The notes beneath the pieces were generated by a model. The model worked only from the letters and a program-made list of their open reading frames with translations. It searched no databases and had not been told where the DNA came from. A stretch of DNA of 64,000 nucleotides from Chiloscyllium plagiosum (Eukaryota), in contig NC_057750.1 in the NCBI RefSeq assembly GCF_004010195.1, positions 254,734 to 318,733 on the forward strand. Direction: 5' to 3'. The translations under genes were made by a program, and so were the position numbers. Of the stretch, positions 60,938 through 64,000 are shown in pieces. Positions within the stretch are counted from its first letter, which is position 1. Each line of letters begins with the position of its first letter.

Positions 60938-61035
60938 CCATTCCTGAAGAAGGGCTTATGCCCGAAACGTCGATTCTCCTGTTCCCTGGATGCTGCCTGA
61001 CCTGCTGCGCTTCTCCAGCAACACATTTTCAGCTC
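60938..61035 (+). mobile_element. PLE family A single arm with 10-bp TSD inside the CR1 RT
   Basis: TSD tgtacatgga at 60928-60937 and 61036-61045; splits the DVVYMD motif. Confidence 0.9.
60942..60973 (+). ncRNA. Minimal hammerhead ribozyme motif
   Basis: tc CTGAAGA agggc-ttat-gccc GAAACGTC ga. Confidence 0.68.
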
Positions 61036-61847
61036 TGTACATGGATCTTAGCAAGGGGCTTGATAAGGTTCCCTGTAGTAGGCTCTTTCAGAAGGTAAGG
61101 AGTCCTTGGATACAGGAAAATCCGGTTGTCTGAATTGGCTGGTCCATAGAAGACAGAGGGTGGTGATAGATGGAGAGTATTCCACCTGGACCTCGGTGAT
61201 CAGTGATGTTCCACCGGGATTGGTTCTGGGACCTCTGCTCTTTGTGATTTTTATATATGACGTGGATGAGGATGTGGAATGTTGGGTTAGTAAGTTTGCT
61301 AATGACATGAAGCTTGGTGAATTTGTGAATAGTTTGGCGGGCTGTGTAGGTTGCAATGGGACATTGGCAGGATGTAGAGATGGGCTGAGAAGTGGCAGAT
61401 GGAGTTCAACCTGGAAAAATGTGAAGTCATTCATTTTGGAAGGTCAAACTTGAATGCAGAATGCAGGGTTAAAGGCAGGATTCTTGGCAGTGTGAGAAAC
61501 AGCGGGATCTTATGGACCATGTGGAAGATGTGGAAGCTTTAAAGAGATTTACCAGGATGCTGCCTGGACTGGAGAGCATGTCTTATGGGGAAAGGTTGAG
61601 GGAGCTAGGGCTTTTCTCACTGGAGAGAAGAAAGATGAAAGGTGACTTGATAGAGGTGTACAAGATGTTGAAAGGCAGAGATAGAGTGGATAGCCAGAGA
61701 CTTTTTCCCAGGGGGCATAATTTTAAGTTAATTGGAGAAAAGTTTAGGGGAAATGTCAGAGATAGGTTCTTTACACAGAGAGTGGTGGGTACATGGAATG
61801 CACTGCCAGCAGTGGTAGTAGAGTCAGAGACATTAGGGACATTTAAA

Positions 61848-64000
61848 ACATAGAACATAGATCATAGAAAAATACAGCACAGAACAGGCCCTTCAGCCCG
61901 CAATGTTGTGCAGAGGATTAATCCTAATCTAAAATAAAATAACTTAACCTATGCATCCTTCAATTCACTGCTGTCCATGTACAAGTCCAGCAGTCGTTAA
62001 AATGTCCCCAATGACTCTGCTTCCACCACCATCACTGGCAACGCATTCCATGCATTCACAACTCTCTGCGAAAAGGACCTACCTCTGACGACTCCTTTAT
62101 ACCTTCCTCCTAATATCTCCAAACTATGACCCCTCGTGCCAGTCAATCCTGCCCTGGGAAAACGCTTCTGGCTATTGACTCTATCCATGCCTCTCATTAC
62201 CTTGTATATCTCGATCAGGTCACCTCCCTACCTCTCTTCCTCCTTCTCTCCAGAAAGAAAAGTCTGAGCTTAGTCAACCTCTCCTCATAAGACAAGCCCT
62301 CCAGTCCATGCAGCATCCTGGTAAACCTCCTTTAAACCCTCTCCAAAGCCTCGATAATAGGGCGACGAGAACGAGACAATATTCCAAGTGTGGTCTCACC
62401 AGGGACCTGTAGAGCTGCTGCAAAACTTTGCGGCTCTTAAACTCGATCCCACTGTTAATGAAAGCCAAAACACCATATGCTTTCTTAACAACCCTATCCA
62501 CTTGGGTGGCAACTTGGAGGAATCTATGTACTTGAACACCAAGATCCCTCTGTTCCTCCACACTGCCAAGAAAGTCTTTAATCCTATATTCAGCATTCAA
62601 GTTTGACCTTCCAAAATGCATCACTTCGCATTTATCCAGGTAGAACTCTATCTGGTATTTCTCAGCCCAGCTCTGCATCCTGTCTATGTCGTGCTGCAGC
62701 CTGCAGTAGCCCTCTATACTATCAATGGTACCTCCAACCTTTGTGTTATCAGCAAATTTACTAACCCACCCCTCAACCTCCTCATCCAAGTCATTTATAC
62801 AAACTACAAAGAGCAGAGGCCCAAGAACAGAGCCCTGCAGCACACCACTCACCACTGACCTCCAGGGAGAATACTTTCCATCTGCAACCACTCTCTGCCT
62901 TCTGTCAGCCAGCTAATTCTGAATCCATAAAGCCAAATCTCCCTGTATCTCATACCTCCTGAATTTATGAATGAACCGACACAGGGAATTTTATCAAATG
63001 CTTTGAAGTCTATATGCACCACATCCATTGCTTGATCTTCATCGACCTGTCTCATCATCACCTCAAATAACTCAATAAGATTTGTGAGGCATGACCTGCC
63101 CCTCACAAAGCCAAGCTTACTGCCTTTAATCATGCTAGGCTTTTCCAATAATCATAAATCCTATCCTTCAGAATTTTTTCCAAAACCTTGCTGACCATAG
63201 ATGTATGATTGCCTGGTCTGTAATTGCCAGGGATTTCCCTATTGAAAAGAGGAACAACATTCTCCTCCTTCCAATCCTCCAGTATGACTCTCGTGGAGAG
63301 TGAGGAAGCGAAGATCTTCACTAGCGGCTTAGCAACCTCTTTTCTCACTTCCTGGAGCAACCGAGGTTAAATCTGGTCTGGCCCTGGGGACTTATCAATC
63401 TTAATCTTTTCCAAAATTTCCAGCACATCAACTTCATTAATCTTGATCTGGTCAAGCCTGTTTCCCAGCTCCTCAAAGTTCGCATTCACAACAAGGTCCC
63501 TTTCTTCAGTGAAAACCCAAGCAAAAAACTCATTTATGGCTTCCCCTATCTGCTCAGACTCCATACACAAGTTCCCTCCGCTATCCCTGACCGGCCCTAC
63601 CTTCTCCCTGAACATTCTCTTATTCCTCACATTTGAGTAAAATGCCTTTGGGTTCTCCCTAATCCTTCCCACCAAGCATTTTTCATGCCCCCTCCTGGCT
63701 CTCCACAGTCCATTTTGGAGCTCATTTCTAGTAAGCCTGTAATCCTCGAAAGATGTGCTGGATCCTTGCTTCCTCCACCTTACGTAAGCTGCCTTCTTCC
63801 TTATGATGAGAAGCTCCTCTGTTCTCATCATCCAAGGCTCCTTAATCTTACCCCTTCTTACCTGTCTCAGAGGAAGACATTTATGCATCACTCACAACAA
63901 CTGCTCCTTAAACAGTCTCCACATGTTTGTTGTGCCCTTTCTGTGGAACAATTGCTCCCAATCTGTACTTCCCAACTCCTGTCTGGTAGAATCATAATTT
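61848..64000 (-). mobile_element. CR1 LINE ORF2 (different subfamily), runs off the window
   Basis: RENPKAFY, KSPGPDQI, GFVRGRSCLTNL, LQGSVLGPLLF, KFADNTK, WNALP; (ACATAGA)n tail at 61848. Confidence 0.95.

Larger units (their letters stand above)
59660..61847 (+). mobile_element. CR1 LINE ORF2 (partial endonuclease to C-terminus), same subfamily as 2934-5394
   Basis: VIVMSDFNFP, FADSDHN, KSPGP, SQHGFVRGRSCLTNLIEFF, VLGPLLFVIFI, KFANDMK, WNALPAVVVES. Confidence 0.95.

Overview
Repeat-dense vertebrate DNA, very probably from a shark or other elasmobranch. This is inferred from HE1-type SINEs, HER1/CR1 LINEs and a SacSINE1/DeuSINE. It reads as intergenic or deep intronic: I found no host protein-coding exon I can support, and nearly all ORF-track entries are LINE fragments, simple repeats or chance. 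Contents: many CR1 LINE fragments (three of about 2.1-2.5 kb and one nested stack of about 3.2 kb); a second CR1/L2-like family; a Rex1/Babar LINE end; a decayed Tx1-type ORF1; a possible Harbinger Myb/SANT relic; five HE1 SINEs; two minisatellites; and two N gaps. The most notable signal is a set of about 20 Penelope-like (PLE) insertions from several families. Their terminal repeats carry minimal hammerhead-ribozyme motifs (CTGAnGA-stem II-GAAACGTC). Eight of them are short fold-back (inverted) units, seven with 13-16 bp target-site duplications, and in all eight only one arm carries a ~30-40 nt tail. There is also a clean locally templated inverted insertion (76 bp copied from 1.2 kb away, flanked by a perfect 55-bp duplication). 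Family names come from motif recognition by eye, not database searches, and boundaries of old repeats are approximate.
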